Positions 50,167-63,011 of a stretch of DNA of 64,000 nt are shown piece by piece. Below the pieces are notes generated by a model that saw only the letters and a list, made by a program, of their open reading frames with translations, was not told where the DNA came from and did not search any database. Both the position numbers and the translations under genes were made by a program. Source of the stretch: Antedon mediterranea (lineage: Eukaryota > Animalia > Echinodermata); the NCBI RefSeq assembly GCF_964355755.1, contig NC_092673.1, positions 11,628,948 through 11,692,947 of the forward strand. The letters run 5' to 3'. How positions within the stretch are numbered: the first letter of the stretch is position 1; each line of letters begins with the position of its first letter.

Positions 50167-52114
50167 TTACAGCGATGTATCATTTTAATAGCTGCGCCAC
50201 GGCAAACTAGCCGGCCTACATGCCTACTAATACTAGTAGGCCTACCAGCTAGATGTGACCATTGGGCCTATTTATTTCGTAATTAAATTTGCTTCATTCA
50301 TATATAAGCTTTATATATTTATGAATTATAATAATTGCATGACTAGTTTTATTTTTTATGATTTTTCAAGTACAAAATAAAAGATTTCATATAACGCATT
50401 TATACTGTACATAACATCATGCAATAGTATACAAGTTGATTTGTTGACAGCAGCCGCCGTGCGGATGTGAAAAAAAAAAACAGAACTGTTCGGGAGAAGT
50501 CGGTGTTGCAACGCTACGCTATTAATTTTCGTACATTTCTTGAAATACGCAAGCTGATTCTTATCAATATCATAATAATTATTTTAACGCGTGGCGTAAT
50601 TATTAATTCATGTATGGCCTAGACCAAGTTTCATCCATCGCTCTCTCCCCCGCGCGCCGACTAACTAGGCCACAGCAAAGATATCTTTGGCTACACAGTA
50701 CATCCCTAGTTAACACTCCGACTCTCGGGTAACGTGGTGCGCGGTCTGTGGCACTAGTGCAAGCTATAATTACTTCGCTCTGGGCATGCGCAATAGCGTG
50801 TCGGATTCCCTAACGATGGGAAGTTGAGTTGCGGTGCCGGAATCCTAACCACGGCGTAATATTTATTCAATTCAATATTAAAGTTAAGAACTATAAATAC
50901 CAACCTTTTGTATATAAAAATATTGATCATCCATTAGATTTTTCTCGTTTGATTCACATAGAAAAGATTATAGGCCTACATGTACTTCATTATTTTGTAC
51001 TCTAGCTAGGCATAGGCCAGGGCCTTAGCTAGGCCTACAATCTGAAATAAAGAAAGCGAGTAAGTTTAACAAATAGCCGTCCTAGGCTAGCAGCATGTGT
51101 TTGTATATTAACACTAATAATAGCATTAGCAGCTACTGTAGACAGCCTAGCAGAAAGCTAGCTAGGCCAACTAATTATATATTATTATAATGTTATATTT
51201 ATGTATACTTTTGGATAAATAAAGAAAGTATTGAACTAAAACTTAAAGGCCTAATACATACCATTTTATAACCATAATAAGTACAGTACTGTAGTTATCC
51301 TTGGCAAGGCAAATGTTTGCCCTTGACATGCATAATAATAAATGCTTCCACTAGGCCTAGTGAGTGAATTCAGTTCATCAGTTTGGCAGCCTGCCTAGCC
51401 TACTAGCCTAGCCTCTAGGCCTAGCCTACCAGGCTATAGCCTAGCTATGCATGTGTGGCCTACTAGACTAGAGGCTAGCTATTGATAAGGGTAAAATAGT
51501 CAAGCTCAAAACTTATAAATTAGTAGCTTACAAATAAAAAAGATTGTTTTCCTACCTCAAAACATACTTATTTGACAATTTCAATGATGAGCCTTTTTTT
51601 TCTACACACCACTTAGGCCTAGCCTACGTCGAAGTAACTGAAATTACTAACACCAGTTTCAAAAATTTTATCAAAACGAAACTAAACCAATGACAAGCTC
51701 GTATCTTATGAAATTTGATCTTGCATGAAAGGATCATTCAATTTTCAACACAACTTCTAGAACATTTTTGTATTATACAGAGACAATAATATTTGCCAAT
51801 CTAAAATTCCTAAATAACCAATAATCATTTGTTTTACAATAAAGAATGATAAAATAAACCGCCAACTGAAATCTAATGTTAATTTAACGTTGAAACATCA
51901 ATGGCAACGCACTTAGTATTACAAAATTTAAGTATTAAATAGAATTTATCTTTAATTTAACGTTTAAAATAATAATTGTTTGAAAAAACAACATAATTTC
52001 AAGAGTTTTTCAACGTTGAAAACATGTCATTTGAAAATGGCAACTGGATTTCAACGTTAAAATAACGTTGGAATAACATTGAAAAACAAAAATAATAATT
52101 GTTTGAAAAAAATT

Positions 52115-54180
52115 ATTAGTTAGAAATACAATGTTATTTCAACGTTGGATCAACATTGATAAATTAACGTCAATTACTAGTTAGAAAGACAATGTTATTT
52201 CAACGTTGGAGCAACATTGATAAATTAACGTAAATTTCTTGTTAAAAATACAATGTTATTTCAACGTTGGATCAACATTGATAAATTAACGTAAATTTCT
52301 AGTTAAAAATACAATGTTATTGCAACGTTGGATCAACATTGATAAATTAATGTAAATTTCTTGTTAAAAATACAATGTTATTTCAACGTTGGATCAACAT
52401 TGATAAATTAACGTAAATTTCTAGATATAAAGACAATGTTATTTCAACGTTGTATCAACATTGATAAATTAACGTAAATTACTAGTTAGAAAGACAATGT
52501 TATTTCAACGTTGGATCAACATTAATAAATTAACGTAAATTTCAAGTTAAAAATACAATGTTATTTCAACGTTGGATCAACATTGATAAATTAACGTAAA
52601 TTACTAGTTAGAAATACAATGTTATTTCAACGTTGGATCAACATTGATAAATTAACGTAAATTACTAGTTAAAAATACAATGTTATTTCAACGTTGGATC
52701 AACATTGATAAATTAACGTAAATTTCTAGTTAAAAATACTATGTGATTTTAACGTTGGATCAAAATTGATAAATTAACGTAAATTACTAGTTAGAAAGAC
52801 AATGTTATTTCAACGTTGGATCAACAATGATAAATTAACTTAAATTACTAGTTAAAAAGACAATGTTATTTCAACGTTGGATTAACATTAATAAATTAAC
52901 GTAAATTTCTAGTTAAAAATACAATGTTATTTCAACGTTGGATCAACATTGATAATAAAACGAAAATTTCTAGTTAGAAATACAATGTTATTTCAACGTT
53001 GGATCAACATTGATAAATTAACGTAAATTTCTAGTTAGAAAGACAATGTTATTTCAACGTTAAATCAACATTGATAAATTAACGTAAATTACTAGTTAGA
53101 AAGACAATGTTATTTGAACGTTGGATCAACATTGATAATAAAACGTAAATTTCTAGTTAGAAATACAATGTTATTTCAACGTTGGATCAACATTGATAAA
53201 TTAACGTAAATTTCTAGTTAAAAATACAAGATTATTTCAACGTTGGATCAACATTGATAAATTAACGTAAATTTCTAGTTAAAAATACAATGTTATTTCA
53301 ACGTTGGATCAACATTGACAAATTAACGTAAATTTCTAGTTAGAAATACAATGTTATTTCAACGTTGGATCAACATCGATAAATTAACGTAAATTTCTAG
53401 TTAAAAATACAAGATTATTTCAACGTTGGATCAACATTGATAAATTAACGTAAATTTCTAGTTAAAAATACAATGTTATTTCAACGTTGGATCAACATTG
53501 ACAAATTAACGTAAATTACTAGTTAGAAAGACAATGTTATTTCAACGTTAAATCAACATTGATAAATTAACGTAAATTACTAGTTAGAAGGACAATGTTA
53601 TTTTAACGTTGGATCAACATTGATAAATTAACGTAAATTTCTAGTTAAAAATACAATGTTATTTCAACGTTGAATCAACATTTATAAATTAACGTAAATT
53701 TCTAGTTAAAAATACAAGATTATTTCAACGTTGGATCAACATTGATAAATTAACGTAAATTTCTAGTTAAAAATACAATGTTATTTCAACGTTGGATCAA
53801 CATTGACAAATTAACGTAAATTACTAGTTAGAAAGACAATGTTATTTCAACGTTAAATAAACATTGATAAATTAACGTAAATTACTAGTTAGAAGGACAA
53901 TGTTATTTTAACGTTGGATCAACATTGATAAATTAACGTAAATTTCTAGTTAAAAATACAATGTTATTTCAACGTTGAATCAACATTTATAAATTAACGT
54001 AAAACATTTGTTTGAAAAACAATGTTAATTCAACGTTAAATCAACATTTATTAATTAACACAAATTACTAGTTAAAAAGAAAATGATATTTCAACGTTGA
54101 TTCAATGTTTATTACTAAACGTAAAAAAAATAGTTAGGGAAAAAATGTTATTTCAACGTTGATTCAACGTTTGAAATACG
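52115..54180. repeat. 61-bp tandem repeat, about 33 copies (right subterminal array)
   Basis: Unit AATACAATGTTATTTCAACGTTGGATCAACATTGATAAATTAACGTAAATTTCTAGTTAAA. Confidence 0.95.
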
Positions 54181-55242
54181 CTGACAACATGATTTCAACA
54201 AATCAACTATATTTCAACGTTGATTCAACGTTGAAATTATGTTCTGTGCCCACTGGGTGATATATTGATATGGCTATTTTCTTGACCAGGTAAAAAATAA
54301 AGTTTCACGGTCATTTTTGGCAAAAGTTGTCCATTAAAGTGAATATAAATATGTATCTTCTGAATATTATGACACCAACTACGACCATATCCGCCCAACA
54401 ATTTCTGTGATATGAAAAGTGTGCTCTAAGCCAAAAATGTTTGTACCGGCTATATGTCAAAGGTCAAAATTAGGGGTTTATTGACAGTTTTATGATTTGT
54501 ATTACATTAGAACAAATATAAACATATACAGTACTTTGCGAGTAATTTGAGATCACAATTATCACTTTCTGACCAGTGGTTGCTGAGATAATCATAATGG
54601 CCAATTTTTTGACCAGTGATCAGAAAGTTTCCAAGTCTTAACTTCGAACATATTGACCTTTGGACACCTGTACTGACCAAGCATCCCAATTTTTATTCGG
54701 CCAACAGCAAAAAACAAACAATCTTCCTGATCCTATTATAAATGCATCCTCTATCATAGTTTTCAAAACACTCTTAAAACCCCATCTTTTTTCTTTGTAA
54801 TTCCTTTCTGTTCAGTGCTTTGGGACAATCTTTTGATTGTATTATTATAAAATAGAACAACATTACATTTTGACTATGATGAATATCTGCAATCTATGTA
54901 TCCATGGTTTGACCAAAATCATTGGCAAAAGCATCACATATTCGATATGTTAATGTTTCTCTGCTATTTAATGATTCAAAACCTAAAACTTTAAAAATGT
55001 TTTAGGCCTATATAAACCAAACATTCATTCAACTGAGATAATAATGGAACGTTATTTGTTACAGAAAATGTACCGAAATCCAAAATGGCGGCTTTCCCCT
55101 GACCAAATTTTGTGCAACCCTTCCATTTCATATTTTTGACACCCTAATGAATAACTGTGCAAAGTTTAAAAATGTTATCACAATTTGAAGGATTTGCCTA
55201 AAATATGCACCTTAACATGCCTACTAATAGCGGCCTATCTCT

Positions 55243-55249
55243 TACGTAC

Positions 55250-55335
<86 letters not shown>

Positions 55336-55570
55336 AATATAATACGTACGTACGTGTTATTTAATACGTACGTACGTGTTTAATAATATTACGTAGGCCT
55401 ACGTAGGCTACATAATAATACTAATAATGCGTACGTACGTATTATTACGTAAGTACGTAGGCCTACTATAACACGTACTAATAGTGTACCTACGTACGTG
55501 TTAATATTACGTACGTACGTAATATTAAAACGTACGTACGTATTAGATAACATGTACGAACGTGATATTA
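55243..55570. repeat. (AAT)n microsatellite followed by a TACGTA-rich low-complexity palindromic patch
   Basis: Direct reading. Confidence 0.9.
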
Positions 55571-56199
55571 ATTTTATTTTATTATTATTATTATTATTAT
55601 GTCCCCTCTAGGGCTTCGTACCATGCAAACCTTCAAACAATAAATCATACGTCCGCCCTTATGAGGGCGGGCATCACTCTCAGTTAGAAATTTATAATGC
55701 AAAAATCGCAGATTACTCATATATTCTTTGGTGGTGTACTTTGTGTGTGTACGTATATATGTACGTATAAACGGTAGTAATCTTTTTTTAGGTAAAAATG
55801 GCTGAACAGAGTTCGGTTGAGAGGTGGATAACTTTCGCAAAAGAATGTAAATATCTTCCAGAAAATGATTTAAAAGTACGTAAATAGTTTGTTATTTTGT
55901 ATATTTTATATGCTGAAGAAGACAGTATACACGAACAGATGTGTAATTACTTACTTCCTGTCGAAGCTTGTTTTTATTATGCTAGGCCTCCCCGCCACCC
56001 GTCTTGTTTGTTCTGTGTTTGTGTTGAATTCATGCATGTCCCACAACCATACTAGCGGCTTAGTAGTCCAACCGCTGTACGTGGTCATTCTGGCCCAATT
56101 TGTGAGGATGATGAGACATATTAATAAAATGTCTCATCGTCCTCATATTATTATCCCTACATGTACTACCCCATAGTTTCTCTGAAAAGAAAAATATTA

Positions 56200-56990
56200 T
56201 ACAGATATTGACTGCTTAGACTAATTAGAGGTTAAATATAAGATTTGACATCCCTGCTGAGGGAATGATATTTTGTTAAAGGAAATATTCCCTTGAACAA
56301 TATATCATTCCCAAGCAAGGGGTTGTCAAATCTTACATTTTACCGATTTAAAAGGCGATATCTGTTATATTACATAATAATAAATATATTATATTACCAA
56401 CAACTGCAGGGTCGGGTGTAGCTAGGCCTCCTTTTAGTAATAAGCCTGGTTGGGCATTGCATTCACCTTACCCTGCGAAGAATAATATACAGATAATTAC
56501 TAATTAATGATTCCTTGACCTTGGCAATAAAATATTCACTTAGGCCTAGGCCTAGGCTAGGTCGTTTAAATTAACAGAAGAATTTCCATCAATAAGCCTA
56601 CATTAATAATAATAATAATATTAATATCAGGTAGGCTGCGCCGCGCGTAACAGGTGACAAACGGTCTTTCATCACATCTAGGGAGGACTATTAACAAATG
56701 AGGGCGCTATGTATGCATAGTTTAAATAGTTTAGTGGATTAATTTCTTCAAGCAAGTTGCGTGGCACATCGGATAAAGTGTTTTGTGATGGAGTGACAAT
56801 TCATTGCGAGTTCAAGTCCCAGTAGATGTTCTTGTATATTTATCGCCAAACGCTGGTGTTGCCACACGAAAATTACACAGTCAATATCGTCATACTCGAG
56901 GATATATACGATTTACGATCCTCGCAGCGGTAGTCATGTGATGCAGTTTCAACCAATCACATTCACGTATTTACATAGGCTATGTAATAT
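56200..56990. mobile_element. Non-autonomous element with terminal about 110-bp palindrome and short subterminal IR
   Basis: Hairpin 56233-56342, IR ATATTACATA/TATGTAATAT. 56835-56988 is the reverse complement of about 11050-11285. Confidence 0.55.
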
Positions 56991-57264
56991 AAAAAGATGT
57001 TTTTATACTGGGTGAAAATTATTGGTTGGGTGTTTTTTTGGTCCATCAGAAAAAAAACACCATAGCCATTCACGTTTTCCATAAAAATGGCCATTTGAGT
57101 TGTCAATTGGCAAAAAAAAAATTGATATCTTTCACAACACTGGCGAAAATAAACTTTTGCAATTTAAACAATTGAAATCGGATTATTCATTAAAAAGTTA
57201 TGGTCTGTTAAAGTGGTCAAAAAATATATGGAACCATTTTTGAAGGGTTATAACTTTTATATTA

Positions 57265-58009
57265 CCGTAGTTCCCCGGGTATAATCCCACCCCCCTTGTA
57301 CGTGAAATTTTCCCGAATTTGGGAGGTGGGACTATACCCGGGGATTTCCCGCTGCATGAACTGAAAATGACGATATTTCTTCTAGCTACGATTTAGGCTA
57401 TCTAAAAGCTATATTCCGATGTAGGCCTAGCAATTAGACGGCCAGGCCATCTAGGCCTAGGCGGCCTAATTGTTCTTACCTGTGCTATGCCTACCGTATA
57501 GATTTTCCCCGAGATTTCTACTTAAAAAATACCCTAAAATGTGATCTAGGCCTAGCTTCCTAAATCGACATGAACTCGATCATACGAGTTCTCCATCGCA
57601 TGTTGTTGCATGTGACACAAACTCTAATCTGCACAAGCTGGTCGATATAGAGGGCGGTGTTTTTTTACGGTAATCAAGCATGCACAGTAGTGTAAACAAC
57701 AAGAAAGAATGTACACGACGGCGAAAGGATGTACAGAACGTGACGATCGGGGCATGCTAGCCTTAAGGTTGTATTCAACTTAACAATGTTTGATGAGTTT
57801 TAAGTCAGCCAAATTCAGAGAAATTACTCTATTTTTTTGGTGAGAAATTGACGTCGGCCTAGCTAGCTACAGTAGGCCTAGGCCCACCTCTGGCCTAATG
57901 TTAAATTATACACTGGGACTTTGCCCGAGGATATGCTTGCGTGTGAAGGTAATCGTAAAGTCGGGGGCGGGATTATACCCGAGGTGGGATTATACCCGAG
58001 GAACTACGG
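57265..58009. mobile_element. Tc1/mariner (Tc2/pogo-type) MITE
   Basis: 27-bp TIR CCGTAGTTCC(C/T)CGGGTATAATCCCACC, TA TSD confirmed by the uninterrupted paralog at about 5240. Confidence 0.9.
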
Positions 58010-58060
58010 TAATAATTTGAAAGTTCTTATTTTTGCCAAACCCATAAATACAACCGAGTT

Positions 58061-61000
58061 TGGTGGATAACTTTTCTGTTATTTTATCGGGTGAATCGTT
58101 TATTGATGTTTCAATTTTTTTCAATTTCAACATTAACTGTATCGGTATTTTATATACCAATGGGTTGCTGAATACTTGGAATTCCATTTGATTGAATTGT
58201 GGATACGCTTGTGTTGTATAGCAATTGTGGCACAACCACAACAACCACAACAACCACAGATTAACATTTTCCGACGAAGCCTTTTGGTGGATAACTTTTT
58301 CTGTTATTTTATCAGATGAATCGTTTTTTGATGTTTCTATTTTCAATTTCAACATTAACTGTATCGGTATTTTATATACCATTGGGTTGCTGAATTCTTG
58401 GAATTCCATTTGATTGAATTGTGGATACGTGTTGTATAGCAATGGTGGTATCAGCGCTAATACTTAATGCCAGTAGGAGTATTCGCAATAAATCCATTAA
58501 ACTATCAGCCTATCTTGCCATCCACGAGGTTGATATTATTGTCACAACTTGGCATTCCATCGCAGTACCAGATAATTCGGAAGGATAGAGTTAACAAGAA
58601 GGGAGGCGGCGTTTTAGTGGCGACGATCTCGCTCCTGTTCAAATGAACTACAACTCTGCAATTCTATACGAAGTTATATGCTTTTCAGTAACTGTTCATA
58701 ACTGTAAAATGTTATTCATTGCGTGTTATTGTCCACCAAACGTGCCTATAGCGTTTTGGAACAGTTTTAGCAATGATTTTCTTGTTTCACTTCTACCTGA
58801 GCTGCCAATGTTTGATAGCTTATTTATTGTTGGTGATCTCAATTTAAACTGGGATCAACCAAACTGTAGCCCTCCATCATTCAATGATGCTATGGATTCA
58901 CTTGATTGTATCCAATTAGTTAATGGTATCACTAGGCCTAACCCAAATAACCATGTAATTGAAACCACAATTGATTTGGTATTTACAAATAGGCCCGATC
59001 AAATATCATCGCTCTGTATTATTGATAATCCAGTTGAGAGTGATCATCATGCTATTTCCTTAAACATTTGTAAAACTAAATTTTATTCTAAACAATTAAT
59101 TAATAGTTTCTTAAGACTGACGTTGATCATCTTCTACAACTTTTTCACCTAGCCCCATGGGGAATCTTCATTGACAATAATGTAGATGATTCATGGGAAG
59201 GGTTTCTTGATATATATGATGCTGTGATACGTGATTGTGTTCCACGTCGTACTAAGAAGATGAAGAAACGTCACCCCTGGGTTACTGATGATATAAAGAA
59301 AGTTATAGCAAAGAAACGTACATTGTTTCAGAAGGCTAAACGCCAAGGTACTATACTTGCATGGGAGGAGTTTAAGCGAGTCCGTAATGATGTAAAACAA
59401 TTATGCCATAAATCATATTATGATTATGTGAACCGACTGTTCACGGGGGATAAAACACGGAAAGCCTTTTGGTGTTTTGTCCGTGAACGCAAGCGTTCAC
59501 CGGCCCCAACCTCGTTTGACATTAACGGATTCGTTAGTTCTACTCCATCCGTCATAGCAGATAGCTTTAATAACCACTTTGCATCTATTTTTAATGTATC
59601 TAAACCCTCTCCGACAGACCCTCCTATATGTTCCTTCCCTGTATCTAAACCCTCTCCGACAGACCCTCCTATATGTTCCTTCCCTGTATCTAAACCCTCT
59701 CCGACAGTCCCTCCTATATGTTCCTTCCATGTATCTAAACCCTCTCCGACAGACCCTCCTATATGTTCCTTCCCTATACCTGAACTTTCATCGGTTGATT
59801 TCGATATCAATGACATTTAATCCAGCTTAAAATAAATAAGCTTGATATTAATAAATCCCCTGGTCCTGATGCCATACACCTGTATATTCTTAAAACGGCA
59901 TCATATATGTTAGCTCCGCCACTTCATAATATATTTAAATTAACTTTGAAGAAAGGTAAAATACCATCTTCCTGGTGTATTTCCCATGTAACTCCAGTTT
60001 TCAAAACTGGAAACAAAGCAACTATCTCAAATTATCGACCAGTATCACTTACACCAATATGTTGTAAAATACTTGAGAAATATATTCAGTCTGCTATATT
60101 TGAACATGTTACTTCAAATTGCCTTATCACTGACGTCCAACATGGGTTTTTCCCATCCCGCTCATGTGTTACGCAGCTAACTAACCTTCTCCATAATTGG
60201 GCATCGTCGCTGGACAAACCACGCCCACCTAGAATTGATGTTATATTTTTAGATTACTCTAAAGCCTTTGATAAATTACCCCACCAAATTGTCCTAAATA
60301 AACTCGCTACACAGTTTAACATTAGAGGTCAAATATGGAAATGGATCCAATCTTTTCTATCTAATCTAATTCAGAAGGTTATATTCCAGGGATCTCTCAG
60401 TAGCTCACGCTCTGTGACATCTGGAATACCCCAAGGTAGTGTGTTGGGACCCACAATATTTAACTTATTTATCAATGACCTACCATCTTGTGCCCTATTC
60501 GCCGACGATACGATCATTTATAGGGATATACAGTACACAGTGTTGATGATGAACTTTTAATTAGTTCAACGTGATCTAAATACGCTCTCCACATGGTGCA
60601 ACTTAAAGAAATGCAATTAAATTCAAATAAAACCTGTATTCTATACATCACCAGATCTAAAAAGGCATACCGTCCAAATTACTACCTTAATGATTCCCCA
60701 ATACAATCGGATACTCATTCTCACCTTGGCGTTACCATTAATCATACTTTGACTTGGGATAACCATGTACAAAATGTTACTGCAACAAGGGCAAATAGGA
60801 TGATTGGTTATATTGCGAGTATTGCTGGGGGCACCTCGTCAGCAGCTGTATTTGCATGATACCGAGCTCTTATCATTCCCATACTCGAATATGTGATTCC
60901 CGCATGGCTTCCCCAGAGAGTAAAATTGATTGATAAGATCGAATCTGTTCAACGTAGAGCCACATGGCTAGCATTGAAACAGAGAAGAGGAGATATGGAG

Positions 61001-61503
61001 TATGATGTTAGATTAAAACAACTCAATTGGCCCCGTATATCGAGCCGAAGAAGCTATCTTTTAACATCATTTGTATGTAAAACACTAATAGGTTCTATTG
61101 ATTGTAAAACTGTTTGCATTGCTCAGTTATCCATGTCTTCCCGCGACTGTGGGAAGATATCCATGATGAAGTGAAAGATTCCCTGCTATTGGATTATTTC
61201 CCTACATTCCTTGCTAAACTTAAAATAAATTTGTTCTCCGATAATAATTAGGCCTATGTATATAATTTAAAATACTTTTTATATTTATTAAATGATTTAA
61301 ACTTAGCTTTGGAATCTTGATATATTATATTTTAAGATGGTATAATCATTGCTTGTGAAACTGGGTGAGTGGGGAACACAGGCTTTAAGTCATAGTGATT
61401 AGGTTCGCTTTTGTGTCCCATGCCAGCTCACTCAGTTGGTTCTATTGTTTTTTTTTTGTATGTCGTGTTTTTCATGTTTTATATTTTGCAATATAAGAAT
61501 AAG
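58061..61503 (+). mobile_element. CR1-group LINE, decayed ORF2 (AP endonuclease + reverse transcriptase)
   Basis: IVGDLN, IDLVFTN and SDHHAI (APE); NYRPVSL, QHGF, DYSKAFD, GIPQGSVLGP and LFADD (RT); IESVQRRAT C-terminal motif. Multiple frameshifts, AATAAG-type tail. Confidence 0.9.
59596..59775 (+). repeat. 45-bp in-frame tandem repeat x4 within LINE ORF2
   Basis: Encodes VSKPSPTDPPICSFP four times. Confidence 0.95.
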
Positions 61504-61849
61504 AACAAGACTATTTTTTTTAAGGTAGTCCTTGACATTTTTTTTTTAGCTATCACCCTCCAAAATTTGTCCCAATGTCTCAAAAATGCCCAAAAAGTTC
61601 CCGTCTTTAAATGATTTGTAACTTTTGAACCAGTGTGAGATTTGACTTCTTTTTTTTGCATTGCATAGAATGTAATATGTATTTTAGTACGATTATTTAT
61701 ATTGGCAGTTAGATAGTTGTATTTCTGAAATACAACATAAAATATATATTGTGACTGTGTTAAAAAACTGTGTGGGTATTGTTTCTTTTCATTAAATATT
61801 ATTTTTTGTAAGTATACATTTGTAAGTGACCTACTTAATTTCATATGCA

Positions 61850-62039
61850 GTATATTTCAATGTGTTATAGCTCCTCAGAATGAAAAGTGACCCGCATGAT
61901 TAAAACTTATTATGGAAGCTGTTGAATTGTATGAATTTCTATAAAAATGTTGTCTATCTGATGTCATGACGTCATCATATGGCCAGTTGAATTAAAAAAG
62001 TCAGATTTTCATCTCAAAGTGACGAGTTCAAATCTAGTT
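61850..62039 (+). mobile_element. 3' fragment of the Helentron-type family seen at 21999-23857
   Basis: Reverse complement of 22390-22435 joined to the terminal CAAAGTGACGAGTT...CTAGTT. Confidence 0.6.
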
Positions 62040-62319
62040 GTAACTTTTTTTTTCTTTTTTGTAAATATTTTTCTAAATATAATAATGAGTGATATAAAAT
62101 TCAATTTAAATTAATACAGGTTAAATAAACATTTAGTTGGAATTTTATCACATTTATTAATTAAGTTAAATTAAACAATTTAAGCACATTTAAAACATTT
62201 TTATGTTAAGCACATTAAATAAACATTTACCGTAGATTAAATATTTAAAAATAGTTAAAATTTAAACATTTTACAATTTTATAAACATTAGTCAAATCTA
62301 CTCTCGTTGATGTCTTTGT

Positions 62320-62905
62320 TTAAATTTAATCTGTCTGCGTGCAGAATCAATAGACTTAAGGCATTCCTTCAATCGGAGATCGATTTCTCCAACAGGGACA
62401 GTAGCTAAGTTACTTCGGTCTTGACGATTAAGTCAATTCTGGTCGTGTTGAGTCGAGCAGCGCCATTTCGTTCTGACGTGTTGTAATTGCGTCTTTCTTC
62501 CTTGGTGAAGTAGTATTTTGTCAATAGTCATGCCATATTTAGTCGGTCGTTGGTAAAGTTGTGTAGTCGTCGCTGTAAGTGTAAGTCCTGTGGAATTTGA
62601 TTGGGGTCATTGTTCAATGGTGGTTATTGGTTTTGTGCTGCTTATGGCTGCTGTTGTCTGATGGTAGTTTGTTGTTGAAGTGTTGCCATAATGTCAGATA
62701 CCTGTTGGTGCAGTGTTTGTTTTTGTCCTTTGTGTCTTTCAGTTGGTCTTCCACACGTCCCAGTCTAAGTTCAAGTCGGTCTTGGAAATGTCATTTCCTT
62801 GTCGTAGTCATTGGTCAATTCGGCTAGTGTCTGGTCTGCGTTGTGGAGGTCAATGTTGTCGGTATCATAGATCATAAATCGGTTCTTAAATTCTTCAGTC
62901 AGCAG
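62320..62905 (-). pseudogene. Decayed coiled-coil + BEN-domain-like coding sequence
   Basis: Across frameshifts: RLKYGMTI / KYYFTKEERRNYNTSERNGAARLNTTRIDLIVK / LKECLKSIDSARR, resembling the BEN pattern F..EE....v.G..g...Ld..ri..I ... ec..aId...R. Confidence 0.5.
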
Positions 62906-63011
62906 TTAGTTGTATTGTGTATATTATGGATTGCAATAAATATTACAAACAAAAAACAAACAAGGTTATTGTATCTCAAAAAGTTAACCTTTTCGCATTA
63001 TAACCTAGAAA

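Larger units (their letters stand above)
47336..50856. mobile_element. Mutator-like (MULE) non-autonomous element
   Basis: 9-bp TSD TAATATTTA (47327-47335, 50857-50865). About 88-bp TIR starting CGCCGTGGTTAGGATTCC, left copy split by the Sola2 insertion. Confidence 0.85.
45463..54257. mobile_element. EnSpm/CACTA-type (CCC termini) non-autonomous element with subterminal tandem arrays
   Basis: TIR CCCAGTGGGCA...TGCCCACTGGG, TG duplicated on both sides, CAACGTTG-rich arrays at both ends. Confidence 0.8.
45130..55226. mobile_element. Old TIR-element remnant (possibly Academ-like) split by nested insertions
   Basis: An about 300-bp degenerate repeat continues across the insertion (45131-45462 joined to 54260-54640). 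Ends CCTACTA at 55226. Related TGACCTTTGACC-rich remnants at about 3815-4450 and 39880-40690. Left limit approximate. Confidence 0.45.
57150..61827. mobile_element. Fragment of the hATw-like family split by a MITE and a LINE
   Basis: 57150-57264 + 58012-58060 + 61504-61827 rejoin to match 5090-5655. Confidence 0.75.

Noticed and set aside
45513-54180. CRISPR-like arrays in the 112-bp and 61-bp palindromic repeats
   Set aside because: No variable spacers. Both are subterminal arrays inside one TIR/TSD-bounded element.
57990-58442. 150-aa minus-strand ORF with an internal repeat
   Set aside because: It is a by-product of the about 165-bp duplication at the LINE 5' end and runs across TE junctions.
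59424-59830. Repetitive ORFs in other frames (GKEHIGGSVGEG, LYLNPLRQT)
   Set aside because: They are alternative readings of the 45-bp tandem repeat.
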